Origin: Eubacteriales bacterium
GTDB lineage: Bacteria > Bacillota > Clostridia > Oscillospirales > CAG-272
Direction: 5' to 3'
DNA length: 64,000 nt
Assembly: GCA_045612385.1 (NCBI GenBank)
Contig: JAZKYZ010000039.1
Location: 969 to 64,968 of the forward strand
Positions 48,355 through 59,376 of the stretch are shown here, in pieces. Under the pieces are notes generated by a model. It was not told where the DNA came from. It worked only from the letters and a program-made list of their open reading frames with translations, and did no database searches. The position numbers and the translations under genes are program-made. The stretch's first letter is position 1. Each line of letters begins with the position of its first letter.

Positions 48355-49433
48355 GAATGTCGGTGTGGCGTTCTACCAAGTTTTTATATAGAAAGAGCAG
48401 AGAGTGACTCTCTGCTCTTTCTATTTGGTTTCTTCCTCGATTTCACAATGATCCATCGCAAAGTCAAGTAGCATATTGATAAGGTCATTGCGTGAACGAT
48501 TTGTTTTCGCTGCAATATAGTCAAGACGCTCCACTGTCTCGTCAAGCAATCGAATGGAAAATGTTTTATGTCCGTCCTCGCCTTTCAGTTTGGGGCGAAT
48601 GACTAATTTTTTTGCTGGTTCTCTCATTGTTATACACTCCCCAAAATTATGTTAGATAATTTCATCAAAATTATAACTTGACTTCTAACATAAAAATATG
48701 TTATAATTTCTACCATACCAATTATGTTATGTTTTCTAACATACATTATAACACAGAATGGAGGTTAAAAATGGCATCCAACAAGGGACTACAAAACGCA
48801 AACAGAGCCAAAAGGGACGAGTTTTACACGCAACTTGCAGACATTGAGGCAGAACTCAAGCATTACCGTAAACATTTCGAGGGCAAGATTGTATTTTGCA
48901 ACTGCGACGACCCATATGAAAGTAATTTCTTCAAGTATTTTGCTATGAACTTCAACTTTTTGAAGTTAAAAAAACTTGTGGCGACCTGCTACCACAGTTC
49001 GCCCGTTGTCGGCGAGCAATTCTCGTTTTTTGACACAATACCAAGCGCAGGCGCTTTGCAAAAACGTGCGTATAAAATTGAGATTACCGAAGTAGAGGAT
49101 TGTAATGGTGACGGAGCGATTGATCTTTTTGACGTCGAGATTCTTCTGCGTAGCAGAAAAAACGCCCTCTCGTTGCTTATGGGAGATGGAGATTTCCGAA
49201 GTGCTGAGTGTATAGAGATTCTCAAAGAAGCAGATATTGTGGTAACCAATCCACCCTTTTCGCTCTTTCGGGAATTTGTATCTCAGCTTGTGGAATATGG
49301 CAAAAAATTTTTGATTATTGGAAACCAAAATGCAATTACATATAAAGAAATTTTCCCTCTAATTATGAGCAACAGAATGTGGCTCGGTCACGGCTTCAAA
49401 GGGAATGTCGGTGTGGCGTTCTACCAAGTTTTT
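48355..49433. repeat. 31-bp perfect direct repeats bounding an RHH + truncated methylase cassette
   Basis: gaatgtcggtgtggcgttctaccaagttttt at 48355-48385 and 49403-49433. Confidence 0.85.
48421..48627 (-). CDS. CopG/ribbon-helix-helix regulator
   Basis: KTFSIRL..ETVERLD.IA.KTNRSRNDLIN.LL. Confidence 0.85.
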   Translation of the reverse strand: MREPAKKLVIRPKLKGEDGHKTFSIRLLDETVERLDYIAAKTNRSRNDLINMLLDFAMDHCEIEEETK

Positions 49434-49469
49434 TTAGAGATGGAGTACGCACTGGGAAATTGTGAATAA
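48771..49469 (+). pseudogene. EcoRI-family adenine methyltransferase, C-terminally truncated
   Basis: DEFYT, CNCDDP, GDFRS.EC, VVTNPPFSLFRE; the frame runs into the direct repeat and stops at about 230 aa. Confidence 0.75.
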
Positions 49470-49685
49470 ATTGTAAAGATTGGAAAAAGAGGGATTTTTT
49501 TAGGTAAAAGTGTAGAATTTCTTTGTGAATTATGCTATAATAACGGTTGCGATACTCTATTTTTGGCGTATCAATGCTTTTTTGTAGCATTTTTACAGTT
49601 TGTTAGTCCTTTGTCAAAGTAGAGTGACGCAGTTTTAAAGAAGTTTTCAAATCTACATTCTATTAAATGGAGGAAATTTAAAAAG

Positions 49686-52319
49686 ATGAGCACAAAGTAT
49701 GTTTATCTGTTCACAGAAGGTGACAAGTCTATGCGTAACCTTCTCGGTGGTAAGGGTGCAAACCTTGCCGAAATGACTTCTATCGGTCTTCCTGTACCTC
49801 AGGGCTTCACCATCACTACCGAAGCCTGCACCAAGTACTATGAAGACGGCAGAAGAATCAACGATGAAATCATGGCGCAGATCATGGAATACATCGTTAA
49901 GATGGAAGAAATCACCGGCAAGAAGTTCGGCGATAAGGAAAATCCCCTTCTCGTTTCCGTTCGTTCCGGCGCAAGAGCTTCCATGCCTGGTATGATGGAT
50001 ACCATCCTTAACCTTGGTCTGAATGACGAAGTTGTTGAGGTTATGGCTACCAAGAGTAATAACCCCAGATGGGCTTATGACTGCTACAGAAGATTTATTC
50101 AGATGTACTCCGACGTCGTTATGGAAGTTGGTAAAAAGTACTTCGAGGAATTGATCGACGAGATGAAGGCAAAGAAGGGCGTTAAGCTTGACGTTGACCT
50201 TACTGCGGATGACCTTCGCGAGCTTGCTGAACAGTTCAAGGCTGAATACAAAGCAAAGATCGGTGAGGACTTCCCCTCCGACCCCAAAGAACAGCTTATC
50301 GGCGCTATCAAGGCAGTATTCCGTTCTTGGGACAACCCCCGCGCTAACATTTACAGACGTGACAACGATATTCCTTATTCTTGGGGTACCGCAGTTAACG
50401 TTCAGGCAATGGCATTTGGTAATATCGGTGACGACTGTGGTACCGGTGTTGCATTTACTCGTGACCCTGCTACTGGTGAAAAGAAGCTTATGGGTGAGTT
50501 CCTTACCAACGCTCAGGGCGAGGACGTTGTTGCAGGCGTTCGTACTCCTATGCCTATTCAGGAAATGGAGCAGAAGTTCCCTGAAGCATACAAGCAGTTC
50601 GTTGAAGTATGCCAGATTCTTGAAAACCATTACAGAGATATGCAGGATATGGAATTCACCGTTGAACACGGTCAGCTCTTTATGCTCCAGACCAGAAACG
50701 GTAAGAGAACCGCTGCTGCTGCTCTCAAGATCGCTTGTGACCTCGTTGACGAGGGTATGATCTCCGAAGAACAGGCAGTTCTCAACATTGATCCTCGTAA
50801 CCTTGACACCCTCCTTCACCCTCAGTTTGATGCAAAGGCTCTCAAGACCGCTCAGGTTGCTGCAAGAGCTCTTGGCGCATCTCCTGGTGCCGCTTGCGGT
50901 AAGGTAGTATTCTCTGCTGAGGACGCTAAGGCTTGGGCAGAAAAGGGCGAAAAGGTTGTTCTTGTTCGTCTGGAGACCTCTCCTGAAGATATCGAAGGTA
51001 TGAAGGCAGCTCAGGGTATTCTTACTGCTCGTGGTGGTATGACCTCTCACGCAGCCGTTGTTGCTCGTGGTATGGGTACCTGCTGTGTATCCGGATGCTC
51101 CGAGATCACTGCATTTGATGAAGAAGGCAAGACCTTCACTATGGCTGGTAAGGTTTATCACGAGGGTGACATCATCTCTCTTGATGGTTCTACCGGTTGC
51201 ATCTACGACGGTGCAATTCCTACCGTAGAAGCTACAATCTCCGGCGACTTCGGTCGTATTATGGCTTGGGCAGACAAGTACAGAAAGCTTGGCGTTCGTA
51301 CCAACGCTGATACTCCTGCGGATGCTAAGAAGGCTCGCGAGCTCGGTGCAGAAGGTATCGGTCTTTGCCGTACTGAGCATATGTTCTTCGAGGGCAACAG
51401 AATTGACGCATTCCGCGAAATGATTTGCGCTGACACTGTAGAAGCACGCGAAGCTGCTCTTGAGAAGATTCTTCCTATGCAGCAGTCCGACTTTGAAAAA
51501 CTCTATGAGGCTCTGGAAGGCAACCCTGTTACCATTCGTTTCCTTGACCCACCTCTTCACGAGTTCGTTCCTACCGAAGATGGCGACATCGCTCTCCTTG
51601 CTAAGAACACCGGTAAGACCGTTGCTGAAATTCACTCAGTTATCGAGTCTCTCCACGAGGCGAACCCAATGATGGGTCACCGTGGATGCCGTCTTGCAGT
51701 TACCTATCCTGAAATTGCAAGAATGCAGACTAAGGCTGTTATCCGTGCAGCACTCAATGTTCAGAAGAACCATCCCGACTGGAAGGTTGTTCCTGAAATT
51801 ATGATTCCTCTTGTAGGCGAAATCAAAGAGCTTAAGTATGTTAAGACTATCGTAGTTGAAACTGCTGATGCAGAAATGGCAGCAGCAGGCGTTGAGCTCA
51901 AGTACGAGGTAGGTACAATGATCGAAATTCCTCGCGCTTGTATCACTGCTGATGCAATCGCAGGCGAAGCTGAATTCTTCTGCTTCGGTACCAATGACCT
52001 TACCCAGATGACCTACGGCTTCAGCCGTGACGACGCTGGTAAGTTCCTTGATGCTTACTATGATGCAAAGATCTTTGAAAACGATCCCTTTGCAAAGCTT
52101 GACCAGGTTGGTGTTGGTGGCCTGATGAAGACCGCTATCACTCTCGGCCGTGCAGTTCGTCCCGAAATGCACATTGGTATCTGCGGTGAGCACGGTGGTG
52201 ACCCCACATCCGTAGAATTCTGCCACGCCATTGGTCTTTCCTATGTTTCCTGCTCGCCCTTCAGAGTTCCAATCGCACGTTTGGCAGCAGCACAGGCAGC
52301 ACTTAAGAAAACTGTGTAA
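49686..52319 (+). CDS. ppdK: Pyruvate, phosphate dikinase
   Basis: GGKGANL, SVRSGARASMPGMMDT, GGMTSHAAVVAR, CGEHGGDP. Confidence 0.98.
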   Translation: MSTKYVYLFTEGDKSMRNLLGGKGANLAEMTSIGLPVPQGFTITTEACTKYYEDGRRINDEIMAQIMEYIVKMEEITGKKFGDKENPLLVSVRSGARASMPGMMDTILNLGLNDEVVEVMATKSNNPRWAYDCYRRFIQMYSDVVMEVGKKYFEELIDEMKAKKGVKLDVDLTADDLRELAEQFKAEYKAKIGEDFPSDPKEQLIGAIKAVFRSWDNPRANIYRRDNDIPYSWGTAVNVQAMAFGNIGDDCGTGVAFTRDPATGEKKLMGEFLTNAQGEDVVAGVRTPMPIQEMEQKFPEAYKQFVEVCQILENHYRDMQDMEFTVEHGQLFMLQTRNGKRTAAAALKIACDLVDEGMISEEQAVLNIDPRNLDTLLHPQFDAKALKTAQVAARALGASPGAACGKVVFSAEDAKAWAEKGEKVVLVRLETSPEDIEGMKAAQGILTARGGMTSHAAVVARGMGTCCVSGCSEITAFDEEGKTFTMAGKVYHEGDIISLDGSTGCIYDGAIPTVEATISGDFGRIMAWADKYRKLGVRTNADTPADAKKARELGAEGIGLCRTEHMFFEGNRIDAFREMICADTVEAREAALEKILPMQQSDFEKLYEALEGNPVTIRFLDPPLHEFVPTEDGDIALLAKNTGKTVAEIHSVIESLHEANPMMGHRGCRLAVTYPEIARMQTKAVIRAALNVQKNHPDWKVVPEIMIPLVGEIKELKYVKTIVVETADAEMAAAGVELKYEVGTMIEIPRACITADAIAGEAEFFCFGTNDLTQMTYGFSRDDAGKFLDAYYDAKIFENDPFAKLDQVGVGGLMKTAITLGRAVRPEMHIGICGEHGGDPTSVEFCHAIGLSYVSCSPFRVPIARLAAAQAALKKTV

Positions 52320-52495
52320 TCCCACACAAACGGCTGAAAACACAGTCCACAACACCGAATTTTCTATCAGGATTGGCGAGTTTGTGATTGATAGGTCATA
52401 TGCTATGGGTTATATCTCAAATCGCACTGACGCGCATCATTTCAAGCTGTCCAAATGGCAAGATATTAAGTTCAGCGTGTATATTTAACAACAAT

Positions 52496-52529
52496 GAAGC
52501 CCTCGGAGTAAAATCCGAGGGCTTTTTTT
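52496..52529. terminator. Intrinsic terminator between convergent genes
   Basis: aagccctcgga-gtaaaa-tccgagggctttttt. Confidence 0.8.
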
Positions 52530-52610
52530 CTTAAAAGTGTTGCACTTCTATTGACAATTCACTTAATGAGAACAACTATTTACATTTTCGCAAAATTCAA
52601 GCGAATATTT

Positions 52611-55600
52611 TTATTCTTCCTGACCCCAAAGCACGTCTACATATTGCTCTGTGCCAATCCAACCGTAATCGGACCAGCTATCAGGCTTAGAGGATGCGCC
52701 ACAGTAAATCGTTCTAAGCGAGGTGCAACCATAGAAGATTTCAGCACCAACCGTGACAACATCTTCTGAGAGGTACACGTAGCCTAAATATTTGCAACTA
52801 CTAAAGGCATTTTTTCCAATGGATTCTGCATAAACGCGTACACTACTCAGATTGGCATTTCCGGCGAAGGCAGAGTCACCTATGGTTTTAGCATTCACTC
52901 TCAAAGAGGTCAGACGGTTGCTGGCAAAGGCACCCTCACCGATCGTTTCTGCTGTAATGTCAAGAGTGGTCATAAGGTTGCCAGAAAATGCGTTCTTACC
53001 GATGTGCGACTGGGGATCCAGCGTAAGCTCTGAAATCTTCGACGACGCAAACGCGCCATCTGAAATTGTCTTAACACCAGAGAGGTTGACGGTCTTTAAT
53101 TGACTACCAAAAAACGCCCTTTCCCCGATATAGGTATTATCACCCTGCTTAATGGTAAGTGTGAACAAATCGCTCACGTGGAAGAATGCATATTGTCCAA
53201 TAAATTGAATGGGCGCCTCGAAAATGAGAGAGGAGGGCTTCAGTTCTATGCATTCATAGTAGGCATAATTACCGATATAAATGGCTGTGCTGCTCGGTTT
53301 TGTGGTCAACGCACCACAATTAAAGAATGCATACTCACCAACATAGTCGCGAGCGAGATTTGCCGATTGGAGCAGCCCGCAGTTATAGAAGGCATATTCT
53401 CCAATACGTGAGTTGAGAGGAACGTTGACGCCTGAGGTGTTCTCTACCTTGACGAGCGCGTAACATTCGTAGAAGGCATAGGGCGCTATGTCAAACAGAG
53501 GCGCAGCAATGCTGACGGAGGCGATGGTTTTGTTTTCGGAGAAAGTGAGTCCAATGTCATAGACCGTACAGGAGTCGATTGTCGCAGGGATGACGACCTC
53601 AACGCTATCACCAACATAACCTAAAATAAGAACTCTATTTTCCTCATCAATGCAATATACCAGACCACTTTCCGTAGTCTTTTTTTCGCTGACGCCATAG
53701 AAGATGGCGAAGCGATCGGCATACACTGTTTCCTCCCAGTCTGCCAGGAGATCCTTTTTACATCCTAAATAAAGTCGGATAAGAGAAGCGTTTTCAAAGG
53801 CGCTTGTGTGAATCTTCTCTACGCTACTTGGAACGTAAAGAGTGCGAAAGGTGGTATCCTTAAAGGCATTTTCTCCAATCGTATGCAAGGATGTTGGCAT
53901 ACTTACTGTTTCAAGGTTCGTACAGCCAGCGAACACATCCTCAGGGAAGGAGGTGATGCCGTCGTGAAGAAATACGTTCGTGAGGGTATCTACATTCATA
54001 AATGCGCCACGTGGAAGCGTACCACCGTTCACCGTGAGGACTTTGATATTGGGGATGAGGTATTGAACTTCATACACCACATCCTCATCACCATAGACAT
54101 AGGTGTATTGTGTGGTATTCTGTATGCCATCCGAGTTGGATTCACTTCCAAAGAAATAACCGAGAGGATATACCGTTTCACCGATACTATGTGTCGCTTT
54201 ATCTCCAATAAAGGGTACCGTCAAAGATTCCAGACTATGACAACCGTTAAAGGCGCCTTCTCCAATATAGACAACACTATCGGCAATCTCAATGTTAGTC
54301 ACATAGCGACAAAGTTTAAACGCGCCTTTGGCGAGAGTGCGAATGCCCTGAGGTACGATAATCGACTGGATAGAGTAGTTATCATAAATTGCATACGGGC
54401 CGACTCCCGTAATGGGAATATCGAGATAAGACAGGGGCAAAACAAGATCCTTGACCGAGCTGGTATAATCTGCAATGATATATTCGTCCCCACTGAGGAC
54501 AAGAAGGTAACCATCCTCTGTCTTTACAGTGCCACGAACATTCGTGTGAACGCGGCCACGCTCAGGAATCGCAATTTCAGCGCCAGTAGGAAGGGTATCT
54601 GCTTCAAAAAGAAGGAGCGCTTTTACCTTCAATCCGTGAAAGGCTGCTGTACCAAGTTCACGAACGGTTTTCGGAATGGTAATTCTTTCAATCGCAGTGC
54701 AACCATTGAAAGCATTTTCTCCAATCCAAAGCAGGCCTTCCGGCAGGGTAACCGTTTTGATGTAGGTATCGTTTGCATAAGCGTTATTTGCGATACCAAC
54801 AACAGGCATACCATTTACCTGCGCAGGGATTTCAACAACTTCTTTTCCAAATTCGCCAAAATGCTTCAATACGACAACCTCGTCATCTTCGGTAACTCCA
54901 CCCAGCGTGTAGTTATCTATGATAAAGAGAGAGGTGATGCCTGTAATCACATTTTCGACTTCCCAGCATTCGGGAACGGTGGAAAGAGGAGTCGCAACAA
55001 GGGGAGAGATACCTTCAAAGGTATTGAAGGGAACGACAAGATTCGAGTTCTTGATCAGGACGCCCTTAAGCGCCATACAATCCTGGAATACCGCACCGGT
55101 GTTGATCGTAAGGTTGTTAAGCAATCCAAGATCCTCAACAGATTCTGGAATAACAACAATCTTGAGCGCAGAGCAGGAACGGAAGGCATTTCTTCCTATG
55201 CTCTTAAGCGATTCGGGCAAGACGATATCGCCAAGTTTTGTGCAGTACATAAATGCTGCGTGTCCAATGCTTTCCAGTGATGTACTAAGGGTGATGCTTG
55301 ACATACTTGTGCAGTTATAGAACGCCATCTCACCAATTTTAACAACGGTATTCGGCATTGTCAAGGAAGAAATCGCGCGATAGGCGAAGCATTCTTTACC
55401 AATTTCAATGACGGGTTTTCCGGCTATGGTATCGGGAACCACATACTTCTGTTCCCTACCTGTGTATCTTGCAAGAATGATACCATCTTCCGTAACGCAA
55501 TAGAGCATACTATTGATCGTGCCGACCTCGCTTACACCATAATAGACGGTGCTATTGACGTCGGTCCAGTCACTGTTCCAATTCTCACGACGCTCGGAGG

Positions 55601-58600
55601 AATCCGTAACAATGATGGCGTAGGATTTGGTATTCGCATTGACACCATTTATGTCAATGATGTCGATCGCTCCACTAAGGGAAATGACAGCAAGGTTTTC
55701 GGATGGGTGGTAGCAACCCCATTTATATATTCTATCAATGGTAGCAGGAACATACAGATGTGTAATGCTGGTGTTGGCATTGAATGCGTAGGTAGCGATA
55801 GAGGTAACCGTCTGGTTCATCACCTTCTCAGGTACGGTATAGGAGGTTTCCGTTGTCCGGCACAAAACAAGACGTGTATCCGCATTTGACACGCGAACGT
55901 AAACCGAGCCTTCGCTATCACGAATCATACCACTGACACCATATTCTATCGGAAAACCACGATTCCAGTTCTTTATAAAGCCAGAGGGCGCGGCAGATGC
56001 CTGAAGGTAGAATGTCACGAAATTGCAAGAATAGAATGCGTTGTTCTCAACCACTGAAGCGTTTTGAGGAATGAAAACGGTCGTGAGCTTCGAGCATCCA
56101 TAGAATGCGCTATTGCCAATAAATACTGTGGTAGAGGGAAGTTCTACGCTATGGATGGTGGTGATATTCTTAAAGCCAGATGCTGAAACACCGACGATTG
56201 GTCTGCCACCATAGGTGGAAGGAATGACAAGGTCCGCAGGATAGGTAACGCCAGACTTTGAACTGACAAGGTAACCTCCATAGGTCGAATTGTAGGTGTA
56301 GGTAAAGCTGGCGCTACTCAATGCGCCTTTGTAACCACAAACCGAGCAGGTACCAGAAACAAGGCTATGGGCGAGCTGTGGAATGGTGGAACGAATGACT
56401 GTTTCCAGACCACAGGTGCTACAGATTTTACCATCACGCTTACCAGCGTAAGCGCAGGTGGCAGCATAACCAGGGTAGGTTACTTCAGTGTGACCAAGCG
56501 CAGGGATGCTTTCCTGTTCACTAAAGACCTTATAACAAACGGAACAATGAACACCGTCGGTAAGGCCGGCAGTTGTACAGGTGGGGGCATAGCCACTCAA
56601 AACGGCTTCGGTATGCACGTGAGTGGGATAAATCTCGATACCGCTTTCGCCATAGTACCAATAATCGCCCTCTCGCTCGGGATTAAAGTCGGAGTAAATG
56701 TAAATCTTTATTTGCAAAACGATTGCATTTCCTTCGCCGACAGTGATATTTTTCCACTGTTCTGCTGTGCCAAGGAAGAAGATCTTGATAAAGATACAAT
56801 TTTCAAAAGCGTTCTTTTCGATATTGGTAAGACGAGGAGGAAGGGTGAGGGATTCGCCCTGATATCCAGAGAAGGCACCCTCCTTTATGGTGGTAATGGA
56901 ACTACCATCTCCCCAGCGAATTTCGGAGGAGCAGTCACGGAACGCGCCCTTTTCAATGGTGGTAACCGACGCAGGAATGGTGATGGTGTCACCAAGATAT
57001 CCTGTGAATGCGCCCTCGCCAATGGTTTTAAGGTTAAAGCCAACGACAAAAATAATCTCTGCGCGAATGCCATAGAAAGCGTTTGCTCCGATAGATACGA
57101 CGCTTGCGGGAATCTCAATGCGTTCAATCTGTGTCATATTTTGGAAGGCGCCCGCTGCGATTGCTGTTGCACAACCAGGCAGTACGACCGTACCACTTGC
57201 ACCTTCGGCAACGCCTGTTATGGTACAGCTTTCCTGTGTGGATTCAAATTCAAAGCCAAGCATATATTGACCCATCTGATATCTTGCTTCGATATCGCAA
57301 TAGATTTCAAAGTAGCATCTTTCAAGGTCGGTGATATAGGTATCTTCTGTGTACCAGCCAAGGAAATGATAGCCGATATTGGAGAAGGCTTCGAGGGTGA
57401 TGCTCGTACCGTAACGATAAGAGCCAAGACCGATTACCTCACCTGCTATCGCATCACGAATGCTGACGGAGTACATCTCTCTATCGTAGTAGAGTTTCAG
57501 TTCGGAGGAGCCGTCGGCAGCAATGGTGGAGGAGAGGATACTCGTCTGGGAGTTAAACACAAAGTGCTCTATGGCAATGGCTTCGGCAGAAATGCTCGCG
57601 CCTGTTTCACCATAAAAAACTTCGGAGGAATGTACGGTGTAACCATCATCAAGAATGTTCTGAATATAATGAGTGATGGTGTATTTGGTATCGTTCTTAT
57701 TTCTCCACTCGGAGGTGATAACGAGATCGCTTGTGACGGGGATGGTCAGGTCGTAGTTCCAACAGAGGAATTCATAGCCCTCTCGGCTTACGGTAGGAGG
57801 TGTTAGCAAACTTCCCTCCTCAACGGTAACAAACTCGGAGGGATAGCCCTCTGCGATAACGAACTCAACGGTGTAAAAATGCAGACGATAAATAACGATT
57901 TTATAAATATTTTCGGCGCCCGTGTGGCACTCTTTGATGTAAAAGACATTTTCGCCTGCGACAAGCGTGACAACCTTATCGCTTTCCACAGTGCATTCGG
58001 CATCTGTATAGACGGTGAAATCCGTATTACCAACAATGGTAATGGCGAGGGCAAAGGAGAAACTGTCGGTATTGCCAGCGACACTGGTAGATACGTTGCT
58101 TCCCTCTACTGTGAGGTTGGGGAACAGAACGCCTGTGGGAGCAGACATCACGTAGGAGCAGACGTGGCAGACCTCTTCGGTAGTCGCCGTCGCAGGAGCG
58201 TTTGAGGTATGTCCTTCCCTGCTATCCTCTGCGCCACATTCGCAAACGAAGTAGTGTCCGTGCTCGTCGCTCGAATATTCTTCGGAATAAGTATGAGGAA
58301 TGACGGGGACAGTGACCTTATAGGTTTCGGTCTTACAGAACAGACACGTGTGTGTCTTTTCACCCTCTTCGGTACAGGTAGGCTCGGTGGTAACTACACC
58401 ATCGTCCCAGTAGTGCTTACCGTCAATCTCTATAACAGTTTGCTCGACAAAGACCTCGCCACAGGTTTCACAGTGGGAGCCTTCGGTCAAACCAGTATAG
58501 GTACAGTTCGGTGCGACTGCCTCATCAATCACTTCTTTGTGACCAGTGGCAGGAAGAATGGTATAGTCTTTGGTGGGTACACCACAGACGCTACAACAAT

Positions 58601-58877
58601 ATCCTCCGTCGTAACCATCTTCTGTACAGGTGGGGTTTACGCCCTCTGCCAACACCTCTGTGTGTCCGAGAGCACGTGTTTTCTTCGTGATGAAGTAATC
58701 ACCACAATCACAGATATTCTTCTGATATCCCTCCTCTGTACAAGTAGGAGCAATGGTGATTCGCTCATATCGGTGATAATGCCTTGTACCAAGATTACAG
58801 GATGTCAAAAGAAAAAGACAACCAAGCGTGATAGCAAGGGCGAGGAGCAGTGTGAATTTTGATGCACGTTTTTGCAT
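52611..58877 (-). CDS. Large BspA-like leucine-rich-repeat (LRR_5) surface lipoprotein
   Basis: Lipobox LTSC; Cys/His-rich PTCTEEG repeats; many I...AF..C..L..I.IP repeats; Ig-like/InlB-B segments. Confidence 0.88.
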   Translation of the reverse strand: MQKRASKFTLLLALAITLGCLFLLTSCNLGTRHYHRYERITIAPTCTEEGYQKNICDCGDYFITKKTRALGHTEVLAEGVNPTCTEDGYDGGYCCSVCGVPTKDYTILPATGHKEVIDEAVAPNCTYTGLTEGSHCETCGEVFVEQTVIEIDGKHYWDDGVVTTEPTCTEEGEKTHTCLFCKTETYKVTVPVIPHTYSEEYSSDEHGHYFVCECGAEDSREGHTSNAPATATTEEVCHVCSYVMSAPTGVLFPNLTVEGSNVSTSVAGNTDSFSFALAITIVGNTDFTVYTDAECTVESDKVVTLVAGENVFYIKECHTGAENIYKIVIYRLHFYTVEFVIAEGYPSEFVTVEEGSLLTPPTVSREGYEFLCWNYDLTIPVTSDLVITSEWRNKNDTKYTITHYIQNILDDGYTVHSSEVFYGETGASISAEAIAIEHFVFNSQTSILSSTIAADGSSELKLYYDREMYSVSIRDAIAGEVIGLGSYRYGTSITLEAFSNIGYHFLGWYTEDTYITDLERCYFEIYCDIEARYQMGQYMLGFEFESTQESCTITGVAEGASGTVVLPGCATAIAAGAFQNMTQIERIEIPASVVSIGANAFYGIRAEIIFVVGFNLKTIGEGAFTGYLGDTITIPASVTTIEKGAFRDCSSEIRWGDGSSITTIKEGAFSGYQGESLTLPPRLTNIEKNAFENCIFIKIFFLGTAEQWKNITVGEGNAIVLQIKIYIYSDFNPEREGDYWYYGESGIEIYPTHVHTEAVLSGYAPTCTTAGLTDGVHCSVCYKVFSEQESIPALGHTEVTYPGYAATCAYAGKRDGKICSTCGLETVIRSTIPQLAHSLVSGTCSVCGYKGALSSASFTYTYNSTYGGYLVSSKSGVTYPADLVIPSTYGGRPIVGVSASGFKNITTIHSVELPSTTVFIGNSAFYGCSKLTTVFIPQNASVVENNAFYSCNFVTFYLQASAAPSGFIKNWNRGFPIEYGVSGMIRDSEGSVYVRVSNADTRLVLCRTTETSYTVPEKVMNQTVTSIATYAFNANTSITHLYVPATIDRIYKWGCYHPSENLAVISLSGAIDIIDINGVNANTKSYAIIVTDSSERRENWNSDWTDVNSTVYYGVSEVGTINSMLYCVTEDGIILARYTGREQKYVVPDTIAGKPVIEIGKECFAYRAISSLTMPNTVVKIGEMAFYNCTSMSSITLSTSLESIGHAAFMYCTKLGDIVLPESLKSIGRNAFRSCSALKIVVIPESVEDLGLLNNLTINTGAVFQDCMALKGVLIKNSNLVVPFNTFEGISPLVATPLSTVPECWEVENVITGITSLFIIDNYTLGGVTEDDEVVVLKHFGEFGKEVVEIPAQVNGMPVVGIANNAYANDTYIKTVTLPEGLLWIGENAFNGCTAIERITIPKTVRELGTAAFHGLKVKALLLFEADTLPTGAEIAIPERGRVHTNVRGTVKTEDGYLLVLSGDEYIIADYTSSVKDLVLPLSYLDIPITGVGPYAIYDNYSIQSIIVPQGIRTLAKGAFKLCRYVTNIEIADSVVYIGEGAFNGCHSLESLTVPFIGDKATHSIGETVYPLGYFFGSESNSDGIQNTTQYTYVYGDEDVVYEVQYLIPNIKVLTVNGGTLPRGAFMNVDTLTNVFLHDGITSFPEDVFAGCTNLETVSMPTSLHTIGENAFKDTTFRTLYVPSSVEKIHTSAFENASLIRLYLGCKKDLLADWEETVYADRFAIFYGVSEKKTTESGLVYCIDEENRVLILGYVGDSVEVVIPATIDSCTVYDIGLTFSENKTIASVSIAAPLFDIAPYAFYECYALVKVENTSGVNVPLNSRIGEYAFYNCGLLQSANLARDYVGEYAFFNCGALTTKPSSTAIYIGNYAYYECIELKPSSLIFEAPIQFIGQYAFFHVSDLFTLTIKQGDNTYIGERAFFGSQLKTVNLSGVKTISDGAFASSKISELTLDPQSHIGKNAFSGNLMTTLDITAETIGEGAFASNRLTSLRVNAKTIGDSAFAGNANLSSVRVYAESIGKNAFSSCKYLGYVYLSEDVVTVGAEIFYGCTSLRTIYCGASSKPDSWSDYGWIGTEQYVDVLWGQEE

Positions 58878-59376
58878 AAAATGCCTCCGTTTTCCTTTTG
58901 GGATATATAAATAAAATATGCCAGGGGTTAATCAAAGTGTAGCACACCCAAAGAAAAAAGTCAAGGAAAATATTTTCCTTTGCGCGCGAGTACAGATGAA
59001 AATCGGACGCATCATAGGTGTACTGAAAGAAAGAAAAATCCCAAAAGGCGCTCCACACGCACGTCACGAATGATTCCACCATAGCGATATCAAACTTCAT
59101 AGGCTTGGGGAATGGAGTGCTCTATTGGGGGAATTATCTACACAAAACACAAGTATATACTCACCATTGTTTACATTTTCCACGTTTTTTCTCAAAAGCA
59201 GTGAGCCACCAGAGTGCTGGCGCAGGAAATCGCCATTCAGGAAAAATGGTACATTCCGTCGTCACGCCTTCGGACACAGAGCGCAGGGAAAAAGAAACTA
59301 TTACAAACAGATTTCTCCATATTGATTTTGCCGTTTTTTTGTGTTATAATGGAAGAAAAAATGTTGAGGTGCTTCT

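Noticed and set aside
49653-52355. Long antisense ORFs (660 and 239 aa) opposite ppdK
   Set aside because: Shadow ORFs caused by the codon bias of a highly expressed gene; no motifs.
53808-57806. 490- and 479-aa plus-strand ORFs
   Set aside because: Antisense shadows of the LRR protein gene.
58900-59370. Possible ncRNA or gene remnant in the LRR-phosphatase intergenic region
   Set aside because: No riboswitch or protein motif that I can support from the sequence.
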